Origin: Geopsychrobacteraceae bacterium
GTDB taxonomy: Bacteria; Desulfobacterota; Desulfuromonadia; Desulfuromonadales; Geopsychrobacteraceae
Assembly: GCA_963662315.1 (NCBI GenBank)
Contig: OY759353.1
Span: 2,496,001 to 2,560,000, forward strand
Length of the DNA: 64,000 bases
Reading direction: 5' to 3'
A model generated the notes under the pieces. It saw nothing but the letters and a program-made list of their open reading frames with translations, did not search any database and was not told the origin of the DNA. The translations under genes were made by a program, and so were the position numbers. Shown here piece after piece: positions 10,539 through 22,913 of the stretch; positions within the stretch are counted from its first letter, which is position 1, and every line of letters starts with the position of its first letter.

Positions 10539-11894
10539 ATGGCACGCCAGAAGACCATTTACACCTGCCAGAACTGTGGCTTTCAAAGCCCGAAATGGAT
10601 GGGCCGCTGCTCGGACTGCCAACAATGGAATAGCTTTGTTGAAGAATTGCCGGTCGCCACATCAAACCACAGTCACAGTCTAGCGGAACCGGGCAGACCT
10701 CTTAAACTATCAGAAGTCAACAGTCGAGAAGAAGATCGCATCAGCTGCGGCATCAGCGAACTGAATCGCACCCTCGGCGGTGGTGTCGTTCCAGGTTCCC
10801 TTATTTTAGTCGGCGGAGATCCTGGCATTGGCAAGTCGACCCTGCTCCTGCAGGCCTTCGCCAGCCTGGCCGAAAAAGGACCGGCTTTGTACGTAACAGC
10901 TGAAGAATCCGCCCGTCAGGTCAAATTGCGCGCCGAACGGCTCGGGATCCGCATTGACAATCTTTATCTGCTGGCGGAAACCTCCCTGACCCAAATCAGA
11001 CAGAGGATCAAAGAACTAAAGCCCGACTTTCTGGTTATTGACTCCATCCAGACCATTTTTTCTGATGCCCTGGAATCGGCTCCGGGCAGCGTCAGCCAGG
11101 TCAGAGAATGCACCGGACAGCTCATGCTGCAAGCCAAAGGCGATAATCTGCCAACCTTTCTGGTCGGACATGTCACCAAAGATGGTGCCATCGCAGGGCC
11201 CCGTGTACTGGAACACATGGTTGATACCGTCCTCTATTTTGAAGGAAGTGCCGGGCACCCGTACCGCATACTGAGAGCTGTAAAAAACCGCTTTGGCTCA
11301 ACCAATGAAATAGGCGTTTTTGAAATGCAGGAACAGGGTCTGCGCGAGGTCAGCAACCCGTCAGAACTATTTCTTGCCGAGCGCCCCGAACAAAGTGCAG
11401 GCAGTGCCGTAGTTCCGGCACTTGAAGGAAGCCGGCCCATCCTGGTTGAACTGCAAGCCCTGGTTTCGGGAAGTTCCTTCGGGACCCCCCAACGGACTGC
11501 GATCGGCATCGATCATAAACGCGTTGCCCTGCTCATTGCGATTCTGGAGAAAAAAGTAGAACTGGCCTTGTCAGGACAGGACATTTTCCTGAATGTCGCT
11601 GGCGGCGTCAGGCTTGATGAACCCGCCGTCGACCTGGCAGCCGTTTGTGCCCTGGCATCGAGTCACCTGAATCGGGTTATCAACCCGCATCTGGTCATGT
11701 TTGGAGAGGTCGGGCTTACCGGAGAAGTACGAGCCGTCTCGCAGCCTGAACTGCGGGTCAAAGAAGCAGCGCGTCTTGGATTCACACAGTGCCTGCTGCC
11801 TTATGGTAACTTGAAGAACATTGATGTACCCAAAACCATTGAACTGATTGCAATTAAGCATGCAAGTGAGGCACTTGACCATATTTTCAAATAA
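10539..11894 (+). CDS. radA: DNA repair protein RadA/Sms
   Basis: N-terminal C4 zinc finger, GDPGIGKS Walker A, KNRFG motif, Lon-like C-terminus. Confidence 0.98.
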   Translation: MARQKTIYTCQNCGFQSPKWMGRCSDCQQWNSFVEELPVATSNHSHSLAEPGRPLKLSEVNSREEDRISCGISELNRTLGGGVVPGSLILVGGDPGIGKSTLLLQAFASLAEKGPALYVTAEESARQVKLRAERLGIRIDNLYLLAETSLTQIRQRIKELKPDFLVIDSIQTIFSDALESAPGSVSQVRECTGQLMLQAKGDNLPTFLVGHVTKDGAIAGPRVLEHMVDTVLYFEGSAGHPYRILRAVKNRFGSTNEIGVFEMQEQGLREVSNPSELFLAERPEQSAGSAVVPALEGSRPILVELQALVSGSSFGTPQRTAIGIDHKRVALLIAILEKKVELALSGQDIFLNVAGGVRLDEPAVDLAAVCALASSHLNRVINPHLVMFGEVGLTGEVRAVSQPELRVKEAARLGFTQCLLPYGNLKNIDVPKTIELIAIKHASEALDHIFK

Positions 11895-11982
11895 ATGAAG
11901 CATTATTGGCAAAAATGTTAAAATCTGCTAAATTCTCCTGACAAGGAGTTGCAGGTAATTATTTCTTACAGATTGGCGGATT

Positions 11983-12504
11983 ATGGAACCAACCATCTTC
12001 AGGATACGCAAGTCATTTCTGCTACCCCTCGGGCTTACCGTCCTGCTTAGCTTTGTCCTGCTTAGCAGCTCCCTCTACCTGCATTTACCCAAAGCAAAAA
12101 TCGTTATCCTTGGCATGTTTTTTCTCCCGGCCTGCGCCTTTTTTGCCGAAAGCCTGATACGCAAAGTCTATCTGGCCGACGATTCCATCAGGGTCAAAAA
12201 ATTACTGCGCAGCAAACTGCTCAAATTTAACGAGCTGACTGCAGTCGACACTATACTGGTCAGGAAACGCGCCTTTTTAAGCCTGAGCAGTGAAAATGAT
12301 TTCATTATCATATCGAATAGCTATGAGAACTTTGGTCAACTTTTACAAAAACTGGTAACCCAACTACCCGCCGACATTGTCAGCGATGAGACTAAACGAC
12401 TGGCTGAAAAACCACCGCAAAAAGGTAGTGATATTTTCTCCGTCTGGCTGGCCGTTGCCGTTTTGGCATTGATTATTTACGTTCAGCTCAGAGGCCTATT
12501 CTGA
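11983..12504 (+). CDS. Hypothetical membrane protein (possible bacterial PH-like domain)
   Basis: Two N-terminal hydrophobic helices, a soluble middle region and a C-terminal TM helix; lies between radA and dksA. Confidence 0.65.
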   Translation: MEPTIFRIRKSFLLPLGLTVLLSFVLLSSSLYLHLPKAKIVILGMFFLPACAFFAESLIRKVYLADDSIRVKKLLRSKLLKFNELTAVDTILVRKRAFLSLSSENDFIIISNSYENFGQLLQKLVTQLPADIVSDETKRLAEKPPQKGSDIFSVWLAVAVLALIIYVQLRGLF

Positions 12505-12541
12505 CCCTGCACCTGCAGACCATGTATATAAGGACGGACCT

Positions 12542-12898
12542 ATGGATAACACAACTTTGGAACAATTCAGAAAACTCCTCAATGATCAACTTGCAGCTCT
12601 GCACCAGGATGCCGACAAGACGGTTTCCGACATGAACGAAGAGAACCCTAACTTCCCTGATCCCACCGACCGCGCATCGCTTGAATCAGATCGTAATTTC
12701 GAACTGAGAATCAGAGATCGCGAACGCAAGCTGATCATCAAGATCAAACAGGCTCTGGAGCGTATTGATGAGGGAACTTTCGGATTATGTGAGAGCTGTG
12801 AAGAAGAAATCGGGACTGAGCGCCTGCGCGCGCGCCCAGTAACAACCCTGTGCATTGACTGCAAAACAGAGCAGGAACGTCAGGAGAAGATCGGATAA
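12542..12898 (+). CDS. dksA: RNA polymerase-binding protein DksA
   Basis: PDPTDRA coiled-coil tip; CESC...CIDC zinc finger; RLRARP. Confidence 0.95.
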   Translation: MDNTTLEQFRKLLNDQLAALHQDADKTVSDMNEENPNFPDPTDRASLESDRNFELRIRDRERKLIIKIKQALERIDEGTFGLCESCEEEIGTERLRARPVTTLCIDCKTEQERQEKIG

Positions 12899-12924
12899 CC
12901 GACTCCGCCCTGGACATTAGCTGA

Positions 12925-12965
12925 TTTGTTGTGGCGATCCTGCGGCTTGCTATCGCCACAACAAA
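12925..12965. terminator. Hairpin/terminator between convergent dksA and the small downstream gene
   Basis: 14-bp arms tttgttgtggcgat / atcgccacaacaaa. Confidence 0.7.
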
Positions 12966-12991
12966 ACCTTCAGGGGAGCCGTTGTCGAACA

Positions 12992-13213
12992 CTAAGAGAC
13001 TTCTGGCCACGGAGCACGCCGTTCAATACCGGAGTACACAGTATCAAAACAATATCCACGCAATTTTACCGCAGAGCTGAAGATATCAACCCAGCCATCA
13101 CTGCGGCAAAAGCTTCTGATTTTTTCAGTTGCGATGAGGATATCCAGCACATCGTTACCGACCTTCCCCCGACTGCCATCCAGATAAACAACCTCTATAA
13201 GGGCTGAATGCAT
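12992..13213 (-). CDS. Small conserved protein resembling the Geobacter GSU3473 family
   Basis: LIEVVYLDG...LDILI...KIRSFCRSDGWV...Y.G.ERR pattern. Confidence 0.7.
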   Translation of the reverse strand: MHSALIEVVYLDGSRGKVGNDVLDILIATEKIRSFCRSDGWVDIFSSAVKLRGYCFDTVYSGIERRAPWPEVS

Positions 13214-13468
13214 GGTAAACTCCTTGTCTGTCTTCTCGTAACAATTGTACTTAACTTAAGATCAGCCATGACGCATTTAGCAAAACAATACCGTTCCGGA
13301 AAGGATGATCTGGAACACTTCACTAAAGAATAGCTTAAAACCCTGATCTTCACATGAACTTGATTGTTTTTTCCTGTCATCCGTTGTATTTTTACATTCT
13401 GTTTCAACCAACCCAAACTTTCAGCTACCCAGTTCAAAATATATCTTGTCCCAGTAATGGAGGAATAA

Positions 13469-13690
13469 ATGTTTGGCTTAGGAACTCAAGAACTCTTAAT
13501 CATTCTAGTCCTGGTAATGATTGTGTTTGGCGCCGGAAAACTCCCGCAGGTAGGTGGGGCTCTAGGCAAAGGACTACGCAACTTTAAAAAGGGTATGAAT
13601 GACTCTCCAGAAGAAGAGATCGAAGAAGGAGAAATTTCAGAGCTCTCTGACAAAAACGCCAAACAGGACAACGATAAGAAAAATTCATGA
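13469..13690 (+). CDS. tatA: Twin-arginine translocase subunit TatA/E
   Basis: MFGLGTQELLIILVLVMIVFGAGKLPQVGGALGKGLRNFKK; GGAGG SD. Confidence 0.96.
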   Translation: MFGLGTQELLIILVLVMIVFGAGKLPQVGGALGKGLRNFKKGMNDSPEEEIEEGEISELSDKNAKQDNDKKNS

Positions 13691-13936
13691 TGCTCTGCGT
13701 GCAGAATCTCAAGGCCATCTTCTAGCGCCCTGAGATTCTGCAGTCGACCAACGGTCTGCAATATCTTCCACGACAACACTGCTGCAGGCTCTCCTTTTGG
13801 TAACTAAATCTGGCAACTGAAGAAGCAAAAGTCATCTAACAATCAGCGCATCCCGTTTGTACCAACACCTTAGACTATGGTATTTCTGACCTAATCAGCA
13901 TTCCGCAAATAAAATCAGCTTTAATGGAGATCCAAT

Positions 13937-14914
13937 ATGACCAAAGCTCTAGGCCTTGTTTCAGGGGGCCTTGACAGCAGCCTTGCTGTCCTGACGTTAA
14001 AACGGCAGGGTGTAGATGTGACAGGCATTGCCTTTGTCACCCCGTTCTTCAATGCGGACAAAGCCATTGCCTCAGCGAAAACCCTGGACTTCCCTCTGAT
14101 CGTTGAAGATATCAGTAACATCCATCTGGATGTACTTAAAGCGCCCAAATACGGCTACGGGCGCAACATGAATCCCTGCATCGACTGCCATGCCCTGATG
14201 TTTAGACTTGCAGGAGAACGGATGCAACAGGGCGGCTTTGACCTGCTCTTTTCCGGCGAAGTGCTGGGCCAACGGCCAATGAGCCAAAATGCCAATGCGC
14301 TACGCTCGGTAGCAAACCTATCAGGTTTTCCCGAGCGGGTTCTGCGCCCACTCAGCGCTAAACTGCTCCCTGAAACGATCATGGAAAAAGAAGGGCTGGT
14401 CGACCGCGATCAACTCCTCGACATTCAAGGTCGATCACGCAAACGCCAGCAGACCTATGCCAAAGAGTGGGGTTATCATAATTACCCCGCTTCAGCGGGA
14501 GGCTGTTTGCTGACAGAAGAAGGATTTTCCAACCAGCTAAGAGATTTGCTTACCCATAACAGCGCAGCAACAGTCAATGACATTGAACTATTGAAAGCGG
14601 GCCGCCAGTTTCGTCTGTCGCCCCAGGCAAAGCTGGTTCTAGGCCGCAACAAAGAGGATAATGACCAGATCCAGCAATTAGCCCAGCCTGAACATATTGT
14701 CATGCGCTGCGCCAATTTCAGCGGCCCGCTCGGGATCTATTGTGGTCCTGTGGATGGAGAAGAGTTGATCCTTGCAGCTGGAATACTTGCATCCTACGGC
14801 AAGGGGAAGGATGAGGCAGAAATTGAGGTCCTAACGATTCAGAGTGACATGGAAAACGTTATCAAGGTTTCCCCTACATCAAGAGAAACATCACAAAAAT
14901 ACATCCTGCGCTGA
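13937..14914 (+). CDS. THUMP-less ThiI/MnmA-like PP-loop sulfurtransferase
   Basis: SGGLDS PP-loop, NPCIDCH, GEVLGQRPMSQ, AGGCLLT. Confidence 0.75.
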   Translation: MTKALGLVSGGLDSSLAVLTLKRQGVDVTGIAFVTPFFNADKAIASAKTLDFPLIVEDISNIHLDVLKAPKYGYGRNMNPCIDCHALMFRLAGERMQQGGFDLLFSGEVLGQRPMSQNANALRSVANLSGFPERVLRPLSAKLLPETIMEKEGLVDRDQLLDIQGRSRKRQQTYAKEWGYHNYPASAGGCLLTEEGFSNQLRDLLTHNSAATVNDIELLKAGRQFRLSPQAKLVLGRNKEDNDQIQQLAQPEHIVMRCANFSGPLGIYCGPVDGEELILAAGILASYGKGKDEAEIEVLTIQSDMENVIKVSPTSRETSQKYILR

Positions 14915-14956
14915 GTCGCCTCCAAATCATGCAGCCATTTCAAATTTGAAATGACT

Positions 14957-14996
14957 AAAAAAAATCCCCGCCGAGAACCTCGGCGGGGATTTTTTT
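14957..14996. terminator. Bidirectional intrinsic terminator between the ThiI-like gene and groEL
   Basis: aaaaaaaatccccgccgag-aac-ctcggcggggattttttt. Confidence 0.92.
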
Positions 14997-15011
14997 GGCC
15001 AAAGGCAGAAA

Positions 15012-16667
<1,656 letters not shown>

Positions 16668-16772
16668 TCAATAATTTTTAAATTTATTTAAAGATTAAAA
16701 TTACCTGTCTAAGCCTGCGCTGCTTCGCCAGCACGCCTGCACATGTACAGGCAACAAGCTACTTCCCGGATA

Positions 16773-17063
16773 TTACTCGACGATGCCGAGGATATCGTCT
16801 TCACGCATAATCAGGTACTCTTTACCGTCAATCTTGATCTCACTACCGGCATATTTACCGAACAGAACACGATCACCTTCTTTAACATCCAGAGGCAGAA
16901 CCTTGCCCTCAGCAGTTACCTTACCTTTACCTGCAGCAATAACTTTACCTTCCTGAGGTTTCTCTTTGGAAACAGTATCAGGAATAATAATACCGCCAGC
17001 GGTCTTGGTTTCTTCTTCAACACGCTCAACGATGATACGATCTTGCAACGGTCTGATGTTCAT
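16773..17063 (-). CDS. groS: Co-chaperonin GroES
   Basis: [12 protein letters not shown]...TAGGIIIPD...KEKPQEG. Confidence 0.99.
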   Translation of the reverse strand: MNIRPLQDRIIVERVEEETKTAGGIIIPDTVSKEKPQEGKVIAAGKGKVTAEGKVLPLDVKEGDRVLFGKYAGSEIKIDGKEYLIMREDDILGIVE

Positions 17064-17163
17064 TCTGAAAATCTCCTTTCACATCCATTAATCTGGCCGA
17101 TGGCCGTTATAGTTGGTATGTTTGAAGGCTGGTTATCCGGAACCGGTCCGATCCCAAGCCTTG

Positions 17164-17190
17164 TTAGCACTCATAGCCGCCGAGTGCTAA
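17164..17190. promoter_or_regulatory. CIRCE element (HrcA operator)
   Basis: Exact TTAGCACTC-N9-GAGTGCTAA upstream of groES; the arms extend to 17159-17195. Confidence 0.97.
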
Positions 17191-17199
17191 CAAGGCCAC

Positions 17200-17227
17200 A
17201 TAATAATAACCATATTAAGATTGTCAA
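17200..17227 (-). promoter_or_regulatory. Sigma70 promoter of groESL
   Basis: Minus strand TTGACA-N16-TATTAT immediately upstream of CIRCE. Confidence 0.75.
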
Positions 17228-17484
17228 GTAATTTTTCACGAGCCAAACCACTCAGAAGCCCACTGTTTCCAGACTCACTGCAGCAATATAGGATAAAGCA
17301 CTTATCCGGGCCCCTTACAAAAGTCCGCTTCCCCTCCAAAACCGCGCCCCGAACCTGCCTCAACCCTCTGCCGGACAGCCGTAATTTAAATACCGGAACC
17401 CCATTGACTTTTGGATTAATGTTAGCTATACGAGTTATAGATAACGGTATTTTATTTTAAATAAACTTATGCGCAGGACTTTTA

Positions 17485-18045
17485 ATGGAATTCAATATTG
17501 GTCAAAAAATCAAGGCGTTAAGAAAAGGAAGAAAACTCACGCTTCAAGATGTCGCCAATGAAATCGGCTTCTCTCCAGCGCTCATATCACAGATAGAAAA
17601 TAACAACGTTTCTCCGCCTATCGCAACCTTGTCAAAAATTGCCCGTTTTTTTGATGTTAAAATGAGCCATTTTTTCGAAGACACGGAAAGCAGCATCCCA
17701 TATGAGATTGTCCGCATCAAAGACCGTCGCCAAATCAGCCGTGTCATTTCTGCCATTGGCACCAACCATGGCTACACCTACGAAGCGCTCAGTTATCGCA
17801 AACATAGCAAGAAGATGGAGCCTTTTTTACTGACCATTAACGAGCGAGCCGCAGAAGAAACACTGTATAGCCACGAGGGGGAAGAATTCCTGCTCATCAT
17901 GGAAGGTACTGCTGAAATCCTCCTCGACAACGAACGCTTTATCTTAAACGCCGGGGATGCCGTCTACCTTGACTCTTCAGTCAAACACCGCTTATTACTA
18001 AAAGAAGATCGCCCCATTCAGGTGTTAGCGGTCGTTACACGCTAA
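17485..18045 (+). CDS. XRE-family transcriptional regulator with cupin domain
   Basis: IKALRKGRKLTLQDVA...SQIENNNVSP HTH; SHEGEEF...GDAVYLDSSVKH cupin. Confidence 0.92.
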   Translation: MEFNIGQKIKALRKGRKLTLQDVANEIGFSPALISQIENNNVSPPIATLSKIARFFDVKMSHFFEDTESSIPYEIVRIKDRRQISRVISAIGTNHGYTYEALSYRKHSKKMEPFLLTINERAAEETLYSHEGEEFLLIMEGTAEILLDNERFILNAGDAVYLDSSVKHRLLLKEDRPIQVLAVVTR

Positions 18046-18191
18046 TAATTTTTTGTAACCGGCATATTTCAGCAACTGACCGGCATTCATAATTTTCCGG
18101 TTTTCTGTTTATAATCCCCGCTGGAAATTTCAATCGTAACCAAACCGTTTGAAAAGACAAAACGCAGATCTGAGAGAAGGGCAATAACATC

Positions 18192-20330
18192 ATGAGTATT
18201 TTTGAAAAGAAAACCCTTGCCGACTGGGAACAGCTGGCGAAAAAAGAGAAAAAAACAGACGATCTCTCCAATTTCAAATGGGAGAGCCCGGAAGGCATCA
18301 CGGTAAAGCCGCTGTACACTGCTGCTGACATCGAAGGCTTTGAAACTGCCGACACCCTGCCAGGCATTGCACCTTTTGTTCGCGGACCTATGGCAACCAT
18401 GTACGCAGGCCGCCCCTGGACTGTTCGTCAGTACGCTGGTTTCTCCACTGCTGAAGAATCAAATGCCTTCTACAAACGTAACCTTGCCGCTGGCCAGCAG
18501 GGCCTTTCCGTTGCTTTTGACCTGGCAACCCACCGCGGTTACGATTCCGATCACCCAAGGGTTGTCGGTGATGTCGGTAAAGCTGGCGTTGCCATCGATT
18601 CCGTTGAAGATATGAAAATTCTCTTTGATGGCATCCCTCTGGACAAAGTCTCCGTCTCCATGACCATGAATGGTGCGGTTATGCCGATCCTGGCCAATTA
18701 CATCGTTGCCGCAGAAGAGCAAGGCGTCAAGCCGGAGCAACTCGCAGGAACTATCCAGAACGACATCCTCAAAGAATTCATGGTGCGTAATACCTACATT
18801 TACCCACCAACACCATCGATGAAGATTATCGGCGATATTATGGAGTACACCAGCCAGTACATGCCACGCTTCAACTCCATTTCCATTTCCGGTTATCACA
18901 TTCAGGAAGCCGGCGCCAACGCCGCCCTGGAACTGGCATTCACCCTTGCCGACGGCCTTGAATACGCACGTGCCGCGATGAATAACGGGCTCGACATCGA
19001 TGCTTTCGCACCGCGTCTGTCATTCTTCTTCGCTATGGGCATGAACTTCTTCATGGAGATTTCAAAACTGCGCGCCGCACGTTTCCTGTGGGCCAAATTG
19101 ATCAAGCAGTTTAATCCGAAAAATCCAAAATCGACCATGCTACGTACCCACTGCCAGACCTCAGGCTGGTCACTGACCGAGCAAGATCCCTACAACAACG
19201 TTGTCCGGACCACTATCGAGGCGATGGCAGCAGTTCTTGGCGGTACCCAGTCCCTGCACACCAATGCCCTTGACGAAGCCATTGCATTGCCGACCGACCA
19301 CAGTGCCCGCATCGCACGCAATACCCAGCTCATCATTCAGGAAGAGACCCAGATCTGCAAAGTCATCGACCCACTGGGCGGCTCTTACTATGTTGAAAGC
19401 CTCACCAAGCAGCTGATTGATGAAGCTCAGAAAATTATTGATGAAATCGAAGAACTCGGTGGCATGACGAAAGCGATCGAGTCCGGCATGCCGAAACTGC
19501 GTATTGAAGAATCCGCAGCCAAGAAACAAGCAGCCATCGACTCCGGCCGAGACGTTATCGTTGGCGTCAACAAATACAAACTGGCCAAAGAAGATCCGAT
19601 CGAAGTTCTTGATATCGACAACACTGCAGTTCGGGAGTCTCAGATCAAGCGTCTCACCAAAATGCGTGCCGAGCGTGACGAAACTGCTTGCCAGGCAGCC
19701 CTTGCAGCTATTACTGCAGCCTGCGAAAGTGGCGAAGGCAACTTGCTCACCCTCAGCGTTAACGCAGCCCGCCTGCGTGCCTCTGTTGGTGAAATTTCTG
19801 ACGCCATGGAAAAAGTTTTCGGCCGTCACCGTGCCGAAATCAAACTTGTTTCAGGAGCATATGGTTCTGTCGTGAATGAAGATACCGATTTCAGTGATCT
19901 GCAAAAGCGCGTCGAAGCCTTTGCTGCCAGCGAAGGTCGTCGTCCTCGTATCCTGGTTGCCAAAATGGGTCAAGATGGTCACGACCGTGGCGCCAAGGTT
20001 GTCGCAACGGCTTATGCCGACGCCGGCTTTGACGTTGATGTCAGCCCACTATTCATGACCCCTGAAGAAACTGCCAAAATGGCCGTCGAAAACGACGTTC
20101 ACGTTGTTGGGGTTTCCAGTCTGGCAGCCGGCCACAAAACCCTGGTTCCACAACTGCGCGACGAGCTTCAAAAACTTGGCGCTGAAGATATCAAAATTGT
20201 CTGCGGTGGCGTTATCCCTCACCAGGATTACGATGCCCTCTACGCAGCTGGTGCCGCCAGAATCTTTGGCCCGGGTACCCCGATCATCACTTCGGCTACC
20301 CAGACCCTGGATGCTATCGAAGGCAAGTAA
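18192..20330 (+). CDS. scpA: Methylmalonyl-CoA mutase
   Basis: [21 protein letters not shown] and the B12-binding GQDGHDRG motif. Confidence 0.98.
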   Translation: MSIFEKKTLADWEQLAKKEKKTDDLSNFKWESPEGITVKPLYTAADIEGFETADTLPGIAPFVRGPMATMYAGRPWTVRQYAGFSTAEESNAFYKRNLAAGQQGLSVAFDLATHRGYDSDHPRVVGDVGKAGVAIDSVEDMKILFDGIPLDKVSVSMTMNGAVMPILANYIVAAEEQGVKPEQLAGTIQNDILKEFMVRNTYIYPPTPSMKIIGDIMEYTSQYMPRFNSISISGYHIQEAGANAALELAFTLADGLEYARAAMNNGLDIDAFAPRLSFFFAMGMNFFMEISKLRAARFLWAKLIKQFNPKNPKSTMLRTHCQTSGWSLTEQDPYNNVVRTTIEAMAAVLGGTQSLHTNALDEAIALPTDHSARIARNTQLIIQEETQICKVIDPLGGSYYVESLTKQLIDEAQKIIDEIEELGGMTKAIESGMPKLRIEESAAKKQAAIDSGRDVIVGVNKYKLAKEDPIEVLDIDNTAVRESQIKRLTKMRAERDETACQAALAAITAACESGEGNLLTLSVNAARLRASVGEISDAMEKVFGRHRAEIKLVSGAYGSVVNEDTDFSDLQKRVEAFAASEGRRPRILVAKMGQDGHDRGAKVVATAYADAGFDVDVSPLFMTPEETAKMAVENDVHVVGVSSLAAGHKTLVPQLRDELQKLGAEDIKIVCGGVIPHQDYDALYAAGAARIFGPGTPIITSATQTLDAIEGK

Positions 20331-20465
20331 GATCCAACGTACCCTGACTATCAGGGCACGATGAACGACCGCAGGAGCCGGAATATTATCAAAAAATATT
20401 CTGGCTCCTGCCATAATATCGACTCTCCATCCCGACCAACACGAAACAAACCGAAGGTGAACATT

Positions 20466-21443
20466 GTGTCTGATATCAAGCAAATCGCCGAAGGAACATT
20501 ATCCGGCAATCTTCGCTCCCTTGCCAAAGCCATCACGCTCATCGAAAGCCGCAACCCGGAGCACAATAAAAAAGCCGGTGAGCTGCTCGATATGCTCATG
20601 CCCCATACCGGCAATTCAATTCGTGTTGGCATCTCAGGGGTTCCCGGAGTTGGCAAAAGCACTACCATAGAAGCCCTCGGGATGGATTTACTCAAGAGGG
20701 GGCTTAAGGTTGCCATTCTGGCGGTGGACCCATCCTCACAACTTTCAGGCGGATCAATCCTTGGGGACAAAACCCGGATGGAACTATTAGCGCGCGAAAA
20801 AAACGCCTTTATCCGTCCTTCCCCATCCGGAGATACGCTGGGCGGCGTAGCACGCAAAACCCGTGAAACCATGATGGTCTGCGAAGCCGCCGGATACGAT
20901 ATCATCATTGTCGAAACGGTTGGTGTCGGTCAGTCTGAAATAACAGTTGCATCAATGGTCGATTTCTTTTTATTGCTCCAGTTAGCAAATGCCGGTGATG
21001 AACTGCAGGGAATTAAAAAAGGGGTTATGGAAATCGCCGATGCCATTGTCATCAACAAAGCAGAAGGGGATAACCGCCCGCGGGCAGAGCTAGCTCGCAG
21101 CCAGTACATTAATGCCCTCCACCTGCTCAAACCCAAAAGCAAACACTGGCAGGTCCCTGCCATGCTGTGCAGCGCACTGCACAACCAGGGCATTACAGAG
21201 ATCTGGGACATGGTTGAACAATTTGTCACAACCATGAAAGAACATAACGAGTTCGACACCAAACGACGCCTGCAGGCAACGGACTGGATGTGGACCTTGG
21301 TCATGGACGGCCTCAAAGATCAGTTCATGCAGGATAAAAACGTAACGGCAATGATTGATCGTGTTCAAGCCGGCGTTGCAGCAGGTACAACATCACCAAG
21401 CGTAGCCGCCAGAAGACTTCTGGAGGCATTTAATCGATACTGA
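20466..21443 (+). CDS. meaB: Methylmalonyl-CoA mutase-associated GTPase MeaB
   Basis: GVPGVGKST, AVDPSS..SGGSILGDKTRM, ETVGVGQSE, NKAE; GTG start at 20466 assumed. Confidence 0.95.
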   Translation: MSDIKQIAEGTLSGNLRSLAKAITLIESRNPEHNKKAGELLDMLMPHTGNSIRVGISGVPGVGKSTTIEALGMDLLKRGLKVAILAVDPSSQLSGGSILGDKTRMELLAREKNAFIRPSPSGDTLGGVARKTRETMMVCEAAGYDIIIVETVGVGQSEITVASMVDFFLLLQLANAGDELQGIKKGVMEIADAIVINKAEGDNRPRAELARSQYINALHLLKPKSKHWQVPAMLCSALHNQGITEIWDMVEQFVTTMKEHNEFDTKRRLQATDWMWTLVMDGLKDQFMQDKNVTAMIDRVQAGVAAGTTSPSVAARRLLEAFNRY

Positions 21444-21556
21444 CCCGAACACCACACGGCAATGATCAAAATGATCAATGTCGCCGCTTAAAACCACAGC
21501 GGCCATTGATTTACATAATCAACAGATATTCGCTACGAACAAAGGAGCACAACACA

Positions 21557-21961
21557 ATGACTAAAAAAGTAAGCCATATTGGCGTTGCAGTAAAAGACCT
21601 TGAAGCGTCCATTCCTTTCTACCGCGACATGCTCAACATGGAATTCGAAGGAACTGAAGTTGTCGAAGAACAAAAAGTCAAGGTCGCCTTTCTGGTTACG
21701 GGAGAAACACGTATCGAGCTTCTCGAAGCAACCAGCGAAGATTCTCCTATCGCAAAATTCCTCGAGAAAAAAGGTGAAGGCGTTCATCACGTTGCCTACG
21801 AAGTGGCCGATATAGAAGCGGCTATTGCCGATCTGATGGCCAAAGGCATTCGCATGATCGACGAAAAACCTCGTCTTGGTGCCCACAATAATCTGATTGC
21901 CTTTATCCATCCAAAAGCAAGCGGCGGCGTTCTGACCGAAATCTGCCAGCCTCAGCACTAA
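21557..21961 (+). CDS. mce: Methylmalonyl-CoA epimerase
   Basis: SHIGVAV, IELLE, EGVHHVA, AFIHPKASGGVLTE (VOC fold); AAGGAG SD. Confidence 0.95.
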   Translation: MTKKVSHIGVAVKDLEASIPFYRDMLNMEFEGTEVVEEQKVKVAFLVTGETRIELLEATSEDSPIAKFLEKKGEGVHHVAYEVADIEAAIADLMAKGIRMIDEKPRLGAHNNLIAFIHPKASGGVLTEICQPQH

Positions 21962-21967
21962 TCTAAA

Positions 21968-22008
21968 GCAGGCAGGGCTGCCCATTGCGTCTGCCCTGCC
22001 TGCTTTTC
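21968..22008 (+). terminator. Probable terminator after mce
   Basis: gcaggcagggc...gccctgcctgc stem followed by tttt. Confidence 0.7.
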
Positions 22009-22196
22009 CCCATCCCCTAGCCACCCATACAGACTCCCTTATATTTTTTTCAGTCAGGTCCTCCACAAGCAACACCCCATTATCCTTAACCCCAAAGAAT
22101 CTTTATTTTTTTTAATTTGACTAACATCAACAAAGAAATATACTAGTGACGATTTTCATACGGAACACATCATAACCAGCCAGACAAGCAAACCAG

Positions 22197-22700
22197 GTGA
22201 TTATGCCCGGACGAACACATTGCATAGCAGCTCTTTTACTGGCGTTGTCAATTCTGCCGGTTACCTGCTTTGCCCTACAAAAAGGGGACAGTTTCCCAGA
22301 CTTGTCAGGACAAACGCTGGAAACCGAAGATTTTGATTTTGCACAGCTAAAAGGACACCCATTCCTGCTCAAAATCGGCACGACCTGGTGCCCGGCATGT
22401 AAAGAGCAAAATACCGAAATCACCAAAATATCCGACATTCTGAAAGCTGAAAAAATCAGACATATTGAAGTTTTTGTTCAAGAATCAGAACAGACCGTAC
22501 GGCGCTTTTTGGACAAATCGAATGAAAAAATGCCAGACATCGTCTTAATGGACAAAGGAACCATCGCCAGGAGCCTTAATGTATTCGCTATTCCTCGGGT
22601 GCTATTAGTTGATAAACACTTTATTGTATTTAGTGACACCAACCCTGTTGATGCGGACTTTCTAAAGAAAAGCATTCAGAAAATGCTAACAAAGAATTAA
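22197..22700 (+). CDS. Exported TlpA/thioredoxin-like protein
   Basis: Signal-like N-terminus, TTWCPAC active site, cis-Pro AIPR. Confidence 0.8.
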   Translation: MIMPGRTHCIAALLLALSILPVTCFALQKGDSFPDLSGQTLETEDFDFAQLKGHPFLLKIGTTWCPACKEQNTEITKISDILKAEKIRHIEVFVQESEQTVRRFLDKSNEKMPDIVLMDKGTIARSLNVFAIPRVLLVDKHFIVFSDTNPVDADFLKKSIQKMLTKN

Positions 22701-22897
22701 CACAAAAGAAGCTTAACAAGTGCTATCAATGTCCGTCTGCCAAGTTTAATAGCATCACAATGTGGTATACAATACACACGGTGTGTTGCAACACAACAAC
22801 ATAACGGCTTAGCTGGACAATAGCCATACTCGGCAGAATTATTAAAAGACGCTGTTTTTCAGTAGGTTGCCGGCACAAATAATAGAACATCATTATC

Positions 22898-22913
22898 TGG
22901 CACAGAACCTGCT
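22898..22913 (+). promoter_or_regulatory. Sigma54 (-24/-12) promoter upstream of the porin
   Basis: TGGCACAGAACCTGCT versus consensus TGGCACG-N4-TTGCW; GG-N10-GC spacing exact. Confidence 0.7.

Noticed and set aside
18046..18191. Cobalamin riboswitch or sigma54 promoter upstream of scpA
   Set aside because: No B12-box recognised; the GGCA...GC spacing is N9 rather than N10
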